Part shown: positions 30,219 through 40,366 of the stretch, piece after piece
Layout: each line of letters begins with the position of its first letter
Numbering within the stretch: the stretch's first letter is position 1
DNA from: Gammaproteobacteria bacterium
GTDB taxonomy: Bacteria > Pseudomonadota > Gammaproteobacteria > JBCCGL01
Reading direction: 5' to 3'
Length of the DNA: 64,000 bases
Assembly (NCBI GenBank): GCA_965277715.1
Contig: OZ255836.1
Location: forward strand, 2,208,001 to 2,272,000
Program-made: the position numbers and the translations under genes
Notes under the pieces: model-generated
What the model saw: only the letters and a program-made list of their open reading frames with translations
The model's database searches: none
Told to the model about the DNA's origin: nothing

Positions 30219-32207
30219 CTATTGCTTGGCACCTTTATAGTCGTTGTAATTTTCACTATCAATCGGTGCCAGCTTCTGCCTTTCCTCTCCGTTATCGTCT
30301 ACCTGGTCAGTACTGCCCTGTTCATTTTCATCACCCGCTCCATTCACCTTATTTTCTTCTTTGTCTCCTTCCTCTTTTTGATCTTCATCTTCTTCGCCCT
30401 CATCCTCATCCTCATCCTCATCCTCATCCTCATCCTCATCCTCATCATCCTCATCATCCTCCTCCTCATCCTCTTCGTCGTCTCCAATATTTTCCATTCG
30501 CTTTCGTTTGCCCATTATTATCCACCCGATAATGAATAATAATAGACAGACAATAGCAACCCCACTAGCAATAGCCCCTATCATTATCCAGTCTGTTTTT
30601 TCACTTACTTGAGTGACAGTTACTTCAGGCACTGACAAAACGGGGGTTTTTCCACCGGGGACGATAATGGGCGCAAGTAATTGGTCAATTCTGCCGCCAT
30701 GCATTGCCCGCCCGGTTATATTGATGAAAATCTCTGACTTCGTTGTTTGATCGCGTGTATCGATAGATACCAGCCACTCATCCATATCCTGTTTGTGAGG
30801 CTGAAGAACAACGCTGCTACTTTCCTTTTTTTGTAACCATACGTCTAGTAACACGCTTTTTATGTCGATTATTTCACTGCGCGGTTTAATCACCAATAGA
30901 TGTGACCCATTGATATTTTCATAGTGCTTGTGTAACTCGACCACCACCGGCCACTGCACTTCCAGTACATGCCGATAAGTGCGTGAAAACGTCTTACCGT
31001 CGACCTCAATCTCCAGTGTGTGCACCCCCTCCCCAAGTTGCATGAGCTGCGCAGAAAAAAGCCCATTGTTTTCTGTGTTTTCCTCTGGAGTGCGCCGATT
31101 AAGCAGTTGATACGTTTCAGTCGCATTTTTCGACTGAACCGTTAACTTCATTGAAACCAGATCAAGAAAATCGTTACGTGTAATGATCTCCCCTGCCTGT
31201 TGCAGTACAGCACTGACAAGTAGCGCATTATCCGGTAACACCTGGTTGGGTAATTCACCCACACGCAAGTTTAGATCGGTAGCGATCATTACACGGTTGT
31301 CCGGGTCCGTAGCACCGATAATCTGCCACTCTCCCAACGATGGGTTTTCCACTGTGATCATTTCATAGGTTGTATCACTCAACCACTTAAAACCATCGGG
31401 ATTATTATCAATCGAAACAGTTGATTCGTTACTCGGGAGGAGTAGCTGTACCCCACCCGCATCGGCCTGCTTAAATACTAATAAAGTGAGTTCCTGGACA
31501 CTCGAATCCACAACAAATTTATTTTCGACCAAAGGTAACGTATCCGCTTGCACCGTTTTTTCAAATATTCGCAAAAATATACGTTGTAAACGCTCTGATG
31601 ATTCGGCCATTTCATACCAGCCCTGGGTTTCATCTGCCAGCGTCGACAACAGCTCAGTGTCGGCATCAAAAGATAGCGCAATGGCATAAACCTTCACGCC
31701 CAATGCGCCTAAGCGCGCTATCTGCTGCTGTAGAATACGTTGTCGGGAAGCAGCGCTTTCATCCGGGTTTTTCGATACATCCACCACGCCATCGGTCAAC
31801 AAAATCAAACTGCGCTGATAAGCTGGGTCCGCTTCACGCCAATCGCGGGTAGCCGTTTTAATCGCCGCTTCAATATTGGTAAAAAGCCCACGTGAGTGCA
31901 GCGCCTCGGCACCAATAGCGGCTGCTTTTTTCCACTGCTCATCAACAATACCCAGCTTAACCTGCATATTGACATAACGGCCAAACGTCCATACCCCGGC
32001 ACGCGTACCAATAGGCAGCAACTCGCTGAGCATACGTAACCCGGAAGTACGAAACTTATCCGGGTCATTCTTTTTCATACTGCCGGAAACATCCATTAAT
32101 ATACGCACATCATTAACTGGCGATTGCACAACACCAGCCAATACCGGTTCCAACAACAGGCAAAACCCCAGACAAACCAGGCACATACTATTACGCAGCT
32201 CTCTCAT
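30219..32207 (-). CDS. Exported VWA-domain membrane protein with very acidic C-terminal tail
   Basis: Signal peptide, MIDAS DVSGSM, LLTDG, beta-rich middle, one C-terminal TM helix, then poly-D/E. Confidence 0.85.
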   Translation of the reverse strand: MRELRNSMCLVCLGFCLLLEPVLAGVVQSPVNDVRILMDVSGSMKKNDPDKFRTSGLRMLSELLPIGTRAGVWTFGRYVNMQVKLGIVDEQWKKAAAIGAEALHSRGLFTNIEAAIKTATRDWREADPAYQRSLILLTDGVVDVSKNPDESAASRQRILQQQIARLGALGVKVYAIALSFDADTELLSTLADETQGWYEMAESSERLQRIFLRIFEKTVQADTLPLVENKFVVDSSVQELTLLVFKQADAGGVQLLLPSNESTVSIDNNPDGFKWLSDTTYEMITVENPSLGEWQIIGATDPDNRVMIATDLNLRVGELPNQVLPDNALLVSAVLQQAGEIITRNDFLDLVSMKLTVQSKNATETYQLLNRRTPEENTENNGLFSAQLMQLGEGVHTLEIEVDGKTFSRTYRHVLEVQWPVVVELHKHYENINGSHLLVIKPRSEIIDIKSVLLDVWLQKKESSSVVLQPHKQDMDEWLVSIDTRDQTTKSEIFINITGRAMHGGRIDQLLAPIIVPGGKTPVLSVPEVTVTQVSEKTDWIMIGAIASGVAIVCLLLFIIGWIIMGKRKRMENIGDDEEDEEEDDEDDEDEDEDEDEDEDEDEGEEDEDQKEEGDKEENKVNGAGDENEQGSTDQVDDNGEERQKLAPIDSENYNDYKGAKQ
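30401..30442. repeat. (CATCCT)7 in-frame microsatellite encoding ED repeats
   Basis: Seven perfect hexamers with degenerate flanks. Confidence 0.95.
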
Positions 32208-32350
32208 ACCCGTTAGGTCGGCCAGGCGATGAAATACCTTAATACTAAACCCCTTGCTAAAAAATAATCCCCCAACTTTGATTAACGTAGGATCGTTGCC
32301 GGGGAGCGACAGCCTTTGGGCGCAGACAAAATGATGGTTTTCGCTACACG

Positions 32351-32700
32351 ATGAATGCACCTCTGACCGTAGGTAATAGAGTATTTGGCAGTATTAATAT
32401 CGCCAGTACACAAGCGTTAATCGCTATGCATATCGACTGCCGACGGTTACTGGAACAAACCCAGGCGACCGTAGAACGTCACGAGAACTATGCTTGCAGG
32501 CTTGAAGTGCTTAACTCTATTGGGCAAAGATTATCGACAGCACTTAGCCAGGGCGATGTATTTAGTGCTGTCGCGGATTGTGTGGAAAATATCATCAAAG
32601 CGGAGCGCATCCGTTACGCCGTATTTACCGGTTTCAATTGCGGATGAAATCATCGGCACACTCAATATAGCAATCCGTGAAGTGGCGTTTTCAGAATTTA
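32351..32700 (+). pseudogene. Fragmented GAF-domain signalling gene
   Basis: APLTVGNRVFGSINIAS, RLEVLNSIGQRLSTAL, and frameshifted LPVSIADEIIGTLNIA: two GAF ends with the middles missing. Confidence 0.6.
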
Positions 32701-32805
32701 ATCCCGGTTTTCTACTACTTATAGAGTATTTGCAAACACCCGCGCATGAGTTAAGCTTAATTATTTATTTTTATACTGCCCTTTACAGGGCATTCAGGGT
32801 TAACT

Positions 32806-33465
32806 ATGCGTATCATTCTGTTAGGCGGCCCCGGTGCAGGCAAAGGCACACAGGCAGCTTATATTGTCGAGGCTTACGATATTCCACAAATTTCAACCGG
32901 TGATATGCTACGAACAGCCATCGCAGAAGGCAGTGAATTGGGGCTTGCAGCAAAGCGGGTAATGGATGCCGGTGAATTGGTCAATGACAGTATTATTATC
33001 GGTTTGGTCAAGCAACGCATCACCGCAGAGGATTGCAAAAACGGGTTTCTCTTTGATGGTTTCCCGCGCACGCTGGCACAGGCCGAGGCGCTGAGAGAAT
33101 CAAACATCGCTATCGATGCAGTCGTTGAAATAGCCGTCGATGATGATGAAATTATCCACCGGATGAGTGGCCGCCGCGTACACTTGGCCTCTGGCCGCAC
33201 CTACCATATTGAACACAACCCGCCCAAAGTTGAAGGCGTGGATGATGTAACCGGCGAAGCACTGATTCAGCGCGAGGATGACATTGAAAGTACCGTCCGC
33301 AACCGGTTGAACATTTACCACCAGCAAACCTCCCCCCTGATTGAATACTATTCAAACGGGGCAAAAGCCAGTGATGACGCCCCCCGCTATATTCATGTAG
33401 AGGGTGTGGGGGCGCTGGAAGACATCAAGCAGCAGATTTTTGATGCGCTAACCGAGAACTTGTGA
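32806..33465 (+). CDS. adk: Adenylate kinase
   Basis: [30 protein letters not shown] region GRTYH. Confidence 0.99.
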   Translation: MRIILLGGPGAGKGTQAAYIVEAYDIPQISTGDMLRTAIAEGSELGLAAKRVMDAGELVNDSIIIGLVKQRITAEDCKNGFLFDGFPRTLAQAEALRESNIAIDAVVEIAVDDDEIIHRMSGRRVHLASGRTYHIEHNPPKVEGVDDVTGEALIQREDDIESTVRNRLNIYHQQTSPLIEYYSNGAKASDDAPRYIHVEGVGALEDIKQQIFDALTENL

Positions 33466-33484
33466 ATATTGTAAAAATAGGCTG

Positions 33485-34408
33485 TCAAACGTCGCTATTG
33501 TTACTTTCCAAGTCATCCCTTAATGCCTTTACTTGCTCAACGCTAAGGCCCATAGCGTGTGAAATTTGCTCATCCGTTAGTATGCCCAATACCAACAGGT
33601 TTACAGCACCTGAATTAGCCTTATTTAGCTCACCTTCCTCACGCCCTTCCTCACGCCCTTCCTCACGCCCTTCCTCACGTCCAATGCGCCTACCCATTAC
33701 CTGCGCAGTTTCGATCACATCACGTTCATCCATGCGTTTTTTATTGATGTAATCATATACCTGCATCTCCTTTTTACTCCAGGCATGTTGTTGCGCTATT
33801 GCAAAAGCGGTTTTAAACACAGGGTCCTGTTGGTAGGTTGTGGGAACTTCCTCCATGCGCCCCGCATGCTTGATAAAATAAATCCACTTATCGACCATGT
33901 TGTCCAGTTGCTCCAGCGTTTTATGAAACTTGCCAAGCTCGATAAAACAAAAAGCAAAGTCATCCAGGTGGTTTTTATGCGTGCGGGTATCGAGAATCAG
34001 GTGGTTGGACAGGTATTGACCATCATCCGGGCTAAAGTCAAAATCCAGGATGCCAATAAAATGTACCTTCTTTAGCTGATCGTATGCCACCCCTACATCC
34101 AGTTGATTAACATAGGATTTAGCAGTGTAGTAAAGGCTGCGCTTGGCAAAATAGCGGCTCGGCTGTACCTGCATTTCGATAACAAACCGACGCTGCTGCT
34201 GATCGGTGGCCATCACATCCAGCACAGTCTCTTTGAGCTCTTCGATCCGGGGTAACTGGTAGGGATTATCGAAGGAGACATCCACCACCTTTGCGCCTTC
34301 AGGGAAATCCAGCGCCGCATTGACAAAATGAATCAGCACTTCTTTATGTTGCTGGTTACCAAAGATCCTTTTAAAGGCGATATCATTGCGCGGGTCGACG
34401 AATTTCAT
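33485..34408 (-). CDS. Rpn-family PD-(D/E)XK nuclease / putative transposase
   Basis: DPRNDIAFKRIFG, LDV.A......IEMQ, RSLYY, FIELGKF, KWIYF, (REEG)4. Confidence 0.92.
   Translation of the reverse strand: MKFVDPRNDIAFKRIFGNQQHKEVLIHFVNAALDFPEGAKVVDVSFDNPYQLPRIEELKETVLDVMATDQQQRRFVIEMQVQPSRYFAKRSLYYTAKSYVNQLDVGVAYDQLKKVHFIGILDFDFSPDDGQYLSNHLILDTRTHKNHLDDFAFCFIELGKFHKTLEQLDNMVDKWIYFIKHAGRMEEVPTTYQQDPVFKTAFAIAQQHAWSKKEMQVYDYINKKRMDERDVIETAQVMGRRIGREEGREEGREEGREEGELNKANSGAVNLLVLGILTDEQISHAMGLSVEQVKALRDDLESNNSDV
33633..33680. repeat. 4x12-bp tandem repeat (REEG)
   Basis: CCTTCCTCACG(C/T) x4. Confidence 0.95.
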
Positions 34409-34582
34409 AGAGTAGAATTATCCCTCGCTTAGCTCAAAAGGTCTAGATGCCATGTATTAACTTGCACACAAGTAAGTACATGATGCCTCAGAAGCCTGTC
34501 GGAGCAATGGGGGGAGGGCAAAAATATCAACCGTGTTTACCAGTCAACACCATGAGCAGCGAACATCTAATGTACCTTTAAT

Positions 34583-35452
34583 TTATGAGTAATTAAATGT
34601 CAACCCATCCAGCAATGTCGGGTAACCAAGCCGCACGCCAAGCTCAGCTTTTATTTTGCGGTTATTAATACGGCGTGATTCCTGTAGGTACGATAGCATT
34701 GCCGGGCTGAATATTTTACGTGCCTGCGCCAGGCTTACCTCGGCGGGCCGGGGTAGGCCCAAAGCATCGGCAACACGAAAAAAATAATCACTCATCGAAG
34801 TGGGTTGATCGTCTGCAACATTGTAAATACCCGGCGCACCGCCATGTGCCGCCGCAAGACACACTTTGAGCAAGTCATCAGCGTGGATCCGGTTGCTGAA
34901 AGGCGATTCCCGCTCAGCCAATACCGGGGTCTGTTGGCGTATTCGCTCTATCGGCAAACGGTCGGCGGCATAAATACCCGCAACGCGTAAAATAGATAGC
35001 GCAGTTGCGCGGGCAAGCGACCACTCGCGCCAGGTATTTTCCGCATCAACCCGGCGAACACTGCGCGCTGCCCCTGGATTTAAGGCCTGTGTTTCATCGA
35101 TCCACGCCCCTCCACAATCACCGTAAACACCCGTTGTGCCAATCAGCACAAGCTGCCGAATAAAGCCTGTACCCAACCATGTAATTGCCTGGCGACTGCG
35201 TGAATCGATAACCCCTTTGGGCGGTGGTGGCACCAGGTAGTAGAGCACGTCCACATCAGTCCCTGCCGCTATGGGTTGGTGAGCCACTGGTTTGTCCAGG
35301 TCACACGGCTGTACAGAAAAGCCTTGCGCTTTCAGTGCATCGATACGCGCTGCGCTGCGCGAAATGCAGGTAACGCGGTTACCTGCCCGCCGCTCCGCCC
35401 TGGCAATACGGGTGCCAATATAACCACAACCAAAGACCAGGATATTTGCCAC
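34583..35452 (-). CDS. NAD-dependent epimerase / atypical SDR
   Basis: FGCGYIG, TTGVYGD..G.WIDE, RIHADDL, YNVADD. Confidence 0.9.
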   Translation of the reverse strand: MANILVFGCGYIGTRIARAERRAGNRVTCISRSAARIDALKAQGFSVQPCDLDKPVAHQPIAAGTDVDVLYYLVPPPPKGVIDSRSRQAITWLGTGFIRQLVLIGTTGVYGDCGGAWIDETQALNPGAARSVRRVDAENTWREWSLARATALSILRVAGIYAADRLPIERIRQQTPVLAERESPFSNRIHADDLLKVCLAAAHGGAPGIYNVADDQPTSMSDYFFRVADALGLPRPAEVSLAQARKIFSPAMLSYLQESRRINNRKIKAELGVRLGYPTLLDGLTFNYS

Positions 35453-35457
35453 AAGCG

Positions 35458-36252
35458 CTACGCGTTTACCGCCGTCAACAATGCTACGTGTACCTCTTCG
35501 GGTTTCTCTGCCATCAGCATATGGCCACAGTTGGGGATATCGAGCACCCGTGCGCCATTGAGGTCAGCGGCCAGTTGCAATGCCCGTTTGTACGGGGTCA
35601 TCATGTCCTCGCGCCCAACAACCAGTGTTGTCGGGCAGGTCACTTTATCCAGCCAAACCTGATCAGGTATATAGGCATTGCAGGCGTTTAAACCGGCAAA
35701 CATTACGCCATCGGCAGCCCGTTCCACCAGTCGTTGACCGGCGTTTAGTACTGAAATCCCCGAAACCGGGTTGCTGCCCAGTTGCGCAGCATAATCAAAG
35801 CCAAACAAGACAAACATATCGATGGCACGTTTTTCGTTATTGCGTGCCGCTTCAAGAAATACGGGGGCAACCGGCATCGGTAGGGCGACACCCAGCAAGG
35901 CCAGACGCTCGACCCGCGCCGAACAACGCGCCGCAGCATCCATCGAGATCAGGCCGCCCATGCTATGCCCCACCAGCGTAGCGGATTCAATGCCTAGGGC
36001 ATCAAGAAATTTCAATAACCACTCGGCCATCGCCGCAATTGAGGTCAGCGGTGGCCCTTGTGAATGACCGTGCCCTGGCAGGTCGAGCGCATAAGCATTG
36101 TAGCCACGCCGGGCATAGTAGCGTGTGTATAGCGTCCAGGTGGTGTTATCCAACGCCGTACCGTGAACAAACACAATATTGGGCTGCGTAGCATCGTAGT
36201 CACGCTTTCCGGTGGAATAAAAAACCGCTTGATCGTCAACGGTGATATACAT
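35458..36252 (-). CDS. Alpha/beta hydrolase
   Basis: FVHG, DLPGHG.S, GHSMGG nucleophile, D..TP, GH..M. Confidence 0.9.
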   Translation of the reverse strand: MYITVDDQAVFYSTGKRDYDATQPNIVFVHGTALDNTTWTLYTRYYARRGYNAYALDLPGHGHSQGPPLTSIAAMAEWLLKFLDALGIESATLVGHSMGGLISMDAAARCSARVERLALLGVALPMPVAPVFLEAARNNEKRAIDMFVLFGFDYAAQLGSNPVSGISVLNAGQRLVERAADGVMFAGLNACNAYIPDQVWLDKVTCPTTLVVGREDMMTPYKRALQLAADLNGARVLDIPNCGHMLMAEKPEEVHVALLTAVNA

Positions 36253-36298
36253 AGGGTTTATCCTGTCGATTGCTGGCGTAGAAGGTGTCGGAAAACGG

Positions 36299-37591
36299 CT
36301 ATTTTTGCGAGCGGTGTAGTGCGCGACCGAGGTCGGCAATCAAATCCTGGGCATCTTCGATACCGATAGATAAACGCACCAATCCCGCCGAAATGCCAGC
36401 AGCCTGCAACGCATCGGCATCCATGCGGCTGTGCGTGGTTGAAGCCGGGTGAATCACCAACGACTTTGCATCCCCCACATTAGCCAGGTGCGAAAACAAG
36501 CGTAGCGAGTCGATAAACCGACGCCCTGCAGCACGCCCACCTTTCAATTCAAAACTAAACACAGCACCACACCCTTTGGGCAACAAGCTGGCCGCCAGTG
36601 CATGATCAGGATGCTCTGGCAACGCCGGGTAGGTAACGTATTCAACGGCGTCATTGGCGCTTAAAAAGGCCACGACGGCCCGCGTGTTTTCCATATGCCG
36701 CTGCATACGCATTGGCAGGGTTTCAATGCCTTGCATGATATGAAACGCATTGGTTGGGCTCATGCACGCGCCAAAATCGCGCAACCCCTCCTTGCGGGCG
36801 CGCATCAAAAAGGCACTGGGGCCGAACTCCTCGGCAAAGTCCATCCCGTGAAAACCGGCGTAAGGTTCGCTCAGTGTTGGAAACAGCGGTGATGCCTCCC
36901 AATTAAAACGCCCCGAATCAACCACGGCCCCACCGATAGCGACCCCGTGCCCTCCCATAAATTTGGTCAGTGAGTGCATAACCAGATCCGCACCGTGTTC
37001 AAACGGTCGCAATAGATAGGGTGTCGTCAGGGTTGCATCCAGCATCAATGGTAAACCGTGTGCGTGCGCCACTTCAGATAACTGTGGAATATCGATCACT
37101 TCAAGTCGTGGGTTGCCAACGGTTTCACCAAATAATAGACGCGTTTGGGGTGTGATCGCATCGGCAAATGCCTGGGGGTCACGGGGGTCGACAAAAGTAG
37201 TGGTAATACCAAACCGTGGCAGCGTATAGGCCAGCAGATTGTGCGTGCCACCGTACAGTGAGTGCGAGGAAACAATATGGCTACCCGCTCCCATCAGGGT
37301 GACAATCGCCAGATGGATTGCCGCCATGCCACTGGCTGTCGCCACCGCACCCACGCCTCCCTCAAGTGCGGCAACACGCTCTTCGAGCATCCCTACTGTG
37401 GGGTTGGAAATGCGCGAGTAAACATGCCCGGCGCGCGCCACATCAAACAGCGAAGCAGCGTGATCGGCGTCTTTAAATACAAACGAAGTGCTTTGATAGA
37501 TAGGCGCAGCACGCGCCCCTGTGGTTGGGTCGGGCTGTTGCCCGGCGTGCAAACTGAGTGTATCAAACCCAATATACTTTGGCCCTGCCAT
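36299..37591 (-). CDS. metY: O-acetylhomoserine aminocarboxypropyltransferase
   Basis: [44 protein letters not shown]. Confidence 0.9.
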   Translation of the reverse strand: MAGPKYIGFDTLSLHAGQQPDPTTGARAAPIYQSTSFVFKDADHAASLFDVARAGHVYSRISNPTVGMLEERVAALEGGVGAVATASGMAAIHLAIVTLMGAGSHIVSSHSLYGGTHNLLAYTLPRFGITTTFVDPRDPQAFADAITPQTRLLFGETVGNPRLEVIDIPQLSEVAHAHGLPLMLDATLTTPYLLRPFEHGADLVMHSLTKFMGGHGVAIGGAVVDSGRFNWEASPLFPTLSEPYAGFHGMDFAEEFGPSAFLMRARKEGLRDFGACMSPTNAFHIMQGIETLPMRMQRHMENTRAVVAFLSANDAVEYVTYPALPEHPDHALAASLLPKGCGAVFSFELKGGRAAGRRFIDSLRLFSHLANVGDAKSLVIHPASTTHSRMDADALQAAGISAGLVRLSIGIEDAQDLIADLGRALHRSQK

Positions 37592-37674
37592 TACTTATCC
37601 CCATTATCTGAAAACGGTGTTTACACACGCAGCCGTAAACGAAACAATTACAGTATATTCCAACCTAGACCCCG

Positions 37675-37775
37675 TGTATTAACTTGCCCATAAGTCAATA
37701 CATGATGTCTGACGTATTAGCCAATAATTGTTCCAGAAAAAAGCGCTCTGGAACAATTAGTTGCAAGTTAATACA
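37675..37775. repeat. About 100-bp inverted-repeat element; left end recurs at 34453-34485
   Basis: TGTATTAACTTGC...GCAAGTTAATACA 13-bp IR; internal 13-bp stem TAATTGTTCCAGA/TCTGGAACAATTA. Confidence 0.6.
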
Positions 37776-37870
37776 TATCAGCAGCCTGAATCAGCCGGTA
37801 ATTAAATCCTGGTCTCGAGACGTTCATGGCATTGTTGGAAGCGTTTGTTTCGTGCTAGGTTTCTTGTTTA

Positions 37871-37913
37871 AGTGCATTAGGTGGTCTCAGTAGATTCAAC
37901 TGCGGAATTTAGG
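37871..37913. mobile_element. Right-end fragment of the 175-bp MITE
   Basis: AGTGCATTAGGTGGTCTCAGTAGATTCAACTGCGGAATTTAGG matches the 3' end of the copies at 56174 and 57774. Confidence 0.85.
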
Positions 37914-37926
37914 TTCAATACCGTAT

Positions 37927-38736
37927 TTAGCCACAAGCCCGCACTAACCGCTGAATACCCCCCTCTGGCGACAACTGCACCAGAGTGGCTTTGTCGATAA
38001 TACTGCCTGTCTCAGCATAATCCAGCCAGTGACGGTTTCGCTGGGTGTAGCGTATGCGTATTTTTGGCGATAGACCTTTGCTCTTTAAAAAATCCATATG
38101 ACTGAGGGCAAAACGCTGTTCGCTGAACACCCCCAGCGAGATGGCGTTGGCCAGACTTGACTCTCGCATCACATAGTAGTCTTTGATGCCTTTATCAAGC
38201 AATACGTTGACCATGGCCTGCGCCTGTTGACGATTGGGAAACGGCGCCAGGAAGACGTTGTAACCAAATACTTCCGACTTGCTCAATATACGCTGTCGAT
38301 AGCGAATGCCATTGTCGTCGAATAATTGCCGGGCCTTTTTAAGCACAGCTTCATCGACAAATGGCCCAACGGTGTAGCAGTTTTTGGGTGTCGGCTCGTT
38401 TTCCGGTGGCGTAAGGGGCACCTGGTTGTTGAGAAATTCAGCATTGGCGGCGGCGTCAGTGAATCCCGCATCAATGAGCTCGCTGTCAACCAGATCATCG
38501 TCGAGTATTATGCGAGGTTCTGTAGGTTCTATAGTTTCTGTTTCAGGTGTTGCCGGGGTGGCTGTAGCCACGTCGATAACACGCGGCGCAGTTGTGCCGG
38601 TTTCCTCCAGTAAAACCAGCTGCGGTACATTGGCCGGAAGCTGGACCCTCACCGGTTTATCTGGCACAACAAGGTATGCTTGCCACAAAAACAGACAGCC
38701 GTTTGCCAGCGCTAGAAGGAGAAAGGTGATTTTCAT
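37927..38736 (-). CDS. SPOR-domain protein
   Basis: N-terminal TM helix, low-complexity linker, CYTVGPF, AISLGVFS; usual neighbour of coaX. Confidence 0.8.
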   Translation of the reverse strand: MKITFLLLALANGCLFLWQAYLVVPDKPVRVQLPANVPQLVLLEETGTTAPRVIDVATATPATPETETIEPTEPRIILDDDLVDSELIDAGFTDAAANAEFLNNQVPLTPPENEPTPKNCYTVGPFVDEAVLKKARQLFDDNGIRYRQRILSKSEVFGYNVFLAPFPNRQQAQAMVNVLLDKGIKDYYVMRESSLANAISLGVFSEQRFALSHMDFLKSKGLSPKIRIRYTQRNRHWLDYAETGSIIDKATLVQLSPEGGIQRLVRACG

Positions 38737-39452
38737 TGCAGCCCGGCCGCTATGGCTAAGCCGATGAGCACCAGCTGGGAATCGTGTATGTATTTGTGTT
38801 GTAAAAACGGTGCAACCATCACCGCCTCGCCTCCTGTAATAATACAGCGTAAATGTGGGCCAAACCGGGGGTACGCTTCAAGCAGTAGACGCTCTATGCC
38901 ACCACACAAAGCATATACCGTTCCACCGGCAATTGCGCCCACTGTGTTGCTGGCAAATGCGGTGACACCGGCCTCAACAATCGGCAGGTCGTGGGTTTGC
39001 TGGTGTAGCGCTGCGCGCATGGTGGCAATGCCAGGGAGAATGGCACCGCCCTGGTGAACCCCGTGCCGATCGATAATGTCGACCGTGGTGGCCGTGCCAC
39101 AGTCAACCACACACAGGGGGCCGGTGTAAGTGGCGCAGGCACCCGCCATTGCCAGCCAGCGATCGTCACCGAGCAGGTGGGGTTCTGCATAGCTATGCGT
39201 TAGCCCTGCAAACGGGTGATTTGAGGTAATCCACTCGAGAGTTGCGCTCTTTTCGCGGCACCAGTCCGCCAGGTGTTGCGCTATACCAGGGCCGGCGACA
39301 TTGCAGGCAATAACACGCGATACCGTGCCAATAGCACCGGGAAACAGGTCGAGTGTGTGGGTATTTTTGCAAGTGACCTGATCGACCAGCGCACCATCCC
39401 GCCAGCGTGCCGATTTGATGCACGAGTTGCCAATATCAACCAGTAACGTCAT
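38733..39452 (-). CDS. coaX: Type III pantothenate kinase
   Basis: LLVDIGNS.IK, LGDDRW, VVDCGTATT.D, GGAILPG, TGG. Confidence 0.95.
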   Translation of the reverse strand: MTLLVDIGNSCIKSARWRDGALVDQVTCKNTHTLDLFPGAIGTVSRVIACNVAGPGIAQHLADWCREKSATLEWITSNHPFAGLTHSYAEPHLLGDDRWLAMAGACATYTGPLCVVDCGTATTVDIIDRHGVHQGGAILPGIATMRAALHQQTHDLPIVEAGVTAFASNTVGAIAGGTVYALCGGIERLLLEAYPRFGPHLRCIITGGEAVMVAPFLQHKYIHDSQLVLIGLAIAAGLQ

Positions 39453-40366
39453 GGTTGCAGCCTAACGCTGATTTCGCCTGAATAAAACGGGCGTAAACCG
39501 GATGCAGTTTCGACGTTTAATGCGCCATTGTCAGCCACGCCACGGGCGATGCCATCAATGACCTGCCCGTCTGCGGCAAGCACGGCGATATTATGGTTGA
39601 AACAGGCATCATATTTTTCCCACTGTGCACGAAATGCCGTAAAGCCCTGTTGTTCATACCGGCTGTAGGCGCGCAGTACTTCGATAGCCAGTATTGCAAT
39701 CACGCTATTGCGCCCGGGTAGTTTGCCAACTGGGTTATTGCCTGAGCTATTGCCTGAGTTGTCGCCCGAATCATTCACAAGTAGTTGCGCCAGGTCGGTA
39801 AATGCCTGCTCGATCCCCGCCGGGTTGCCAACGCCACGGTAATTCAGACCGATACCTGTCACGGTATCAACGCCCGCTTTCCCCACTGTGCAGAGTTCGA
39901 TCAACAGACCACAGAGTTTCTTATTGTGGTGGAGGATGTCATTTGGCCACTTCACGCTAAGCCCTCGCACACCCAGCGTTTCCAGCGCCGTGATCACGGC
40001 ACAGGCAGTGACCAGACTGAGGCACGCCAACTGTGCGCCAGAGCAGGTAAAACGCCTGAGTAGTGAAAAGGTGACACCACCCGGGGGGGACTGCCAGGAT
40101 TTACCCCGGCGACCCCGGCCTGCGGTTTGAGTTTCTGTTATACACAGTTGCGGTGTGGCCCATTGGTCAGCCCACTGATCGGCCCGGTATTGCATTAGCC
40201 AGGCGTTAGTGGATGGCAGGCTTGCAAACAGGTGCACACCACAGGTTTGTTGCAGTGAGTTGTTGATATGCGCCTGGATAACGGCGGCGTTTAATTCTGC
40301 CACGGTTTTACCATTAATCACTGCCCGCCCCGAGCCAGTCGATACATCGATCAGCCGTTTTATCAT
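39449..40366 (-). CDS. birA: Biotin--protein ligase without N-terminal HTH
   Basis: STN, QTAGRGRRGKSW, KWPND, KLCGLL, GIGLN. Confidence 0.92.
   Translation of the reverse strand: MIKRLIDVSTGSGRAVINGKTVAELNAAVIQAHINNSLQQTCGVHLFASLPSTNAWLMQYRADQWADQWATPQLCITETQTAGRGRRGKSWQSPPGGVTFSLLRRFTCSGAQLACLSLVTACAVITALETLGVRGLSVKWPNDILHHNKKLCGLLIELCTVGKAGVDTVTGIGLNYRGVGNPAGIEQAFTDLAQLLVNDSGDNSGNSSGNNPVGKLPGRNSVIAILAIEVLRAYSRYEQQGFTAFRAQWEKYDACFNHNIAVLAADGQVIDGIARGVADNGALNVETASGLRPFYSGEISVRLQP

Noticed and set aside
30203-30539. His-Pro-rich and Ile-Leu-rich plus-strand ORFs
   Set aside because: Alternative readings of the (CATCCT)n tract that encodes the acidic tail on the minus strand
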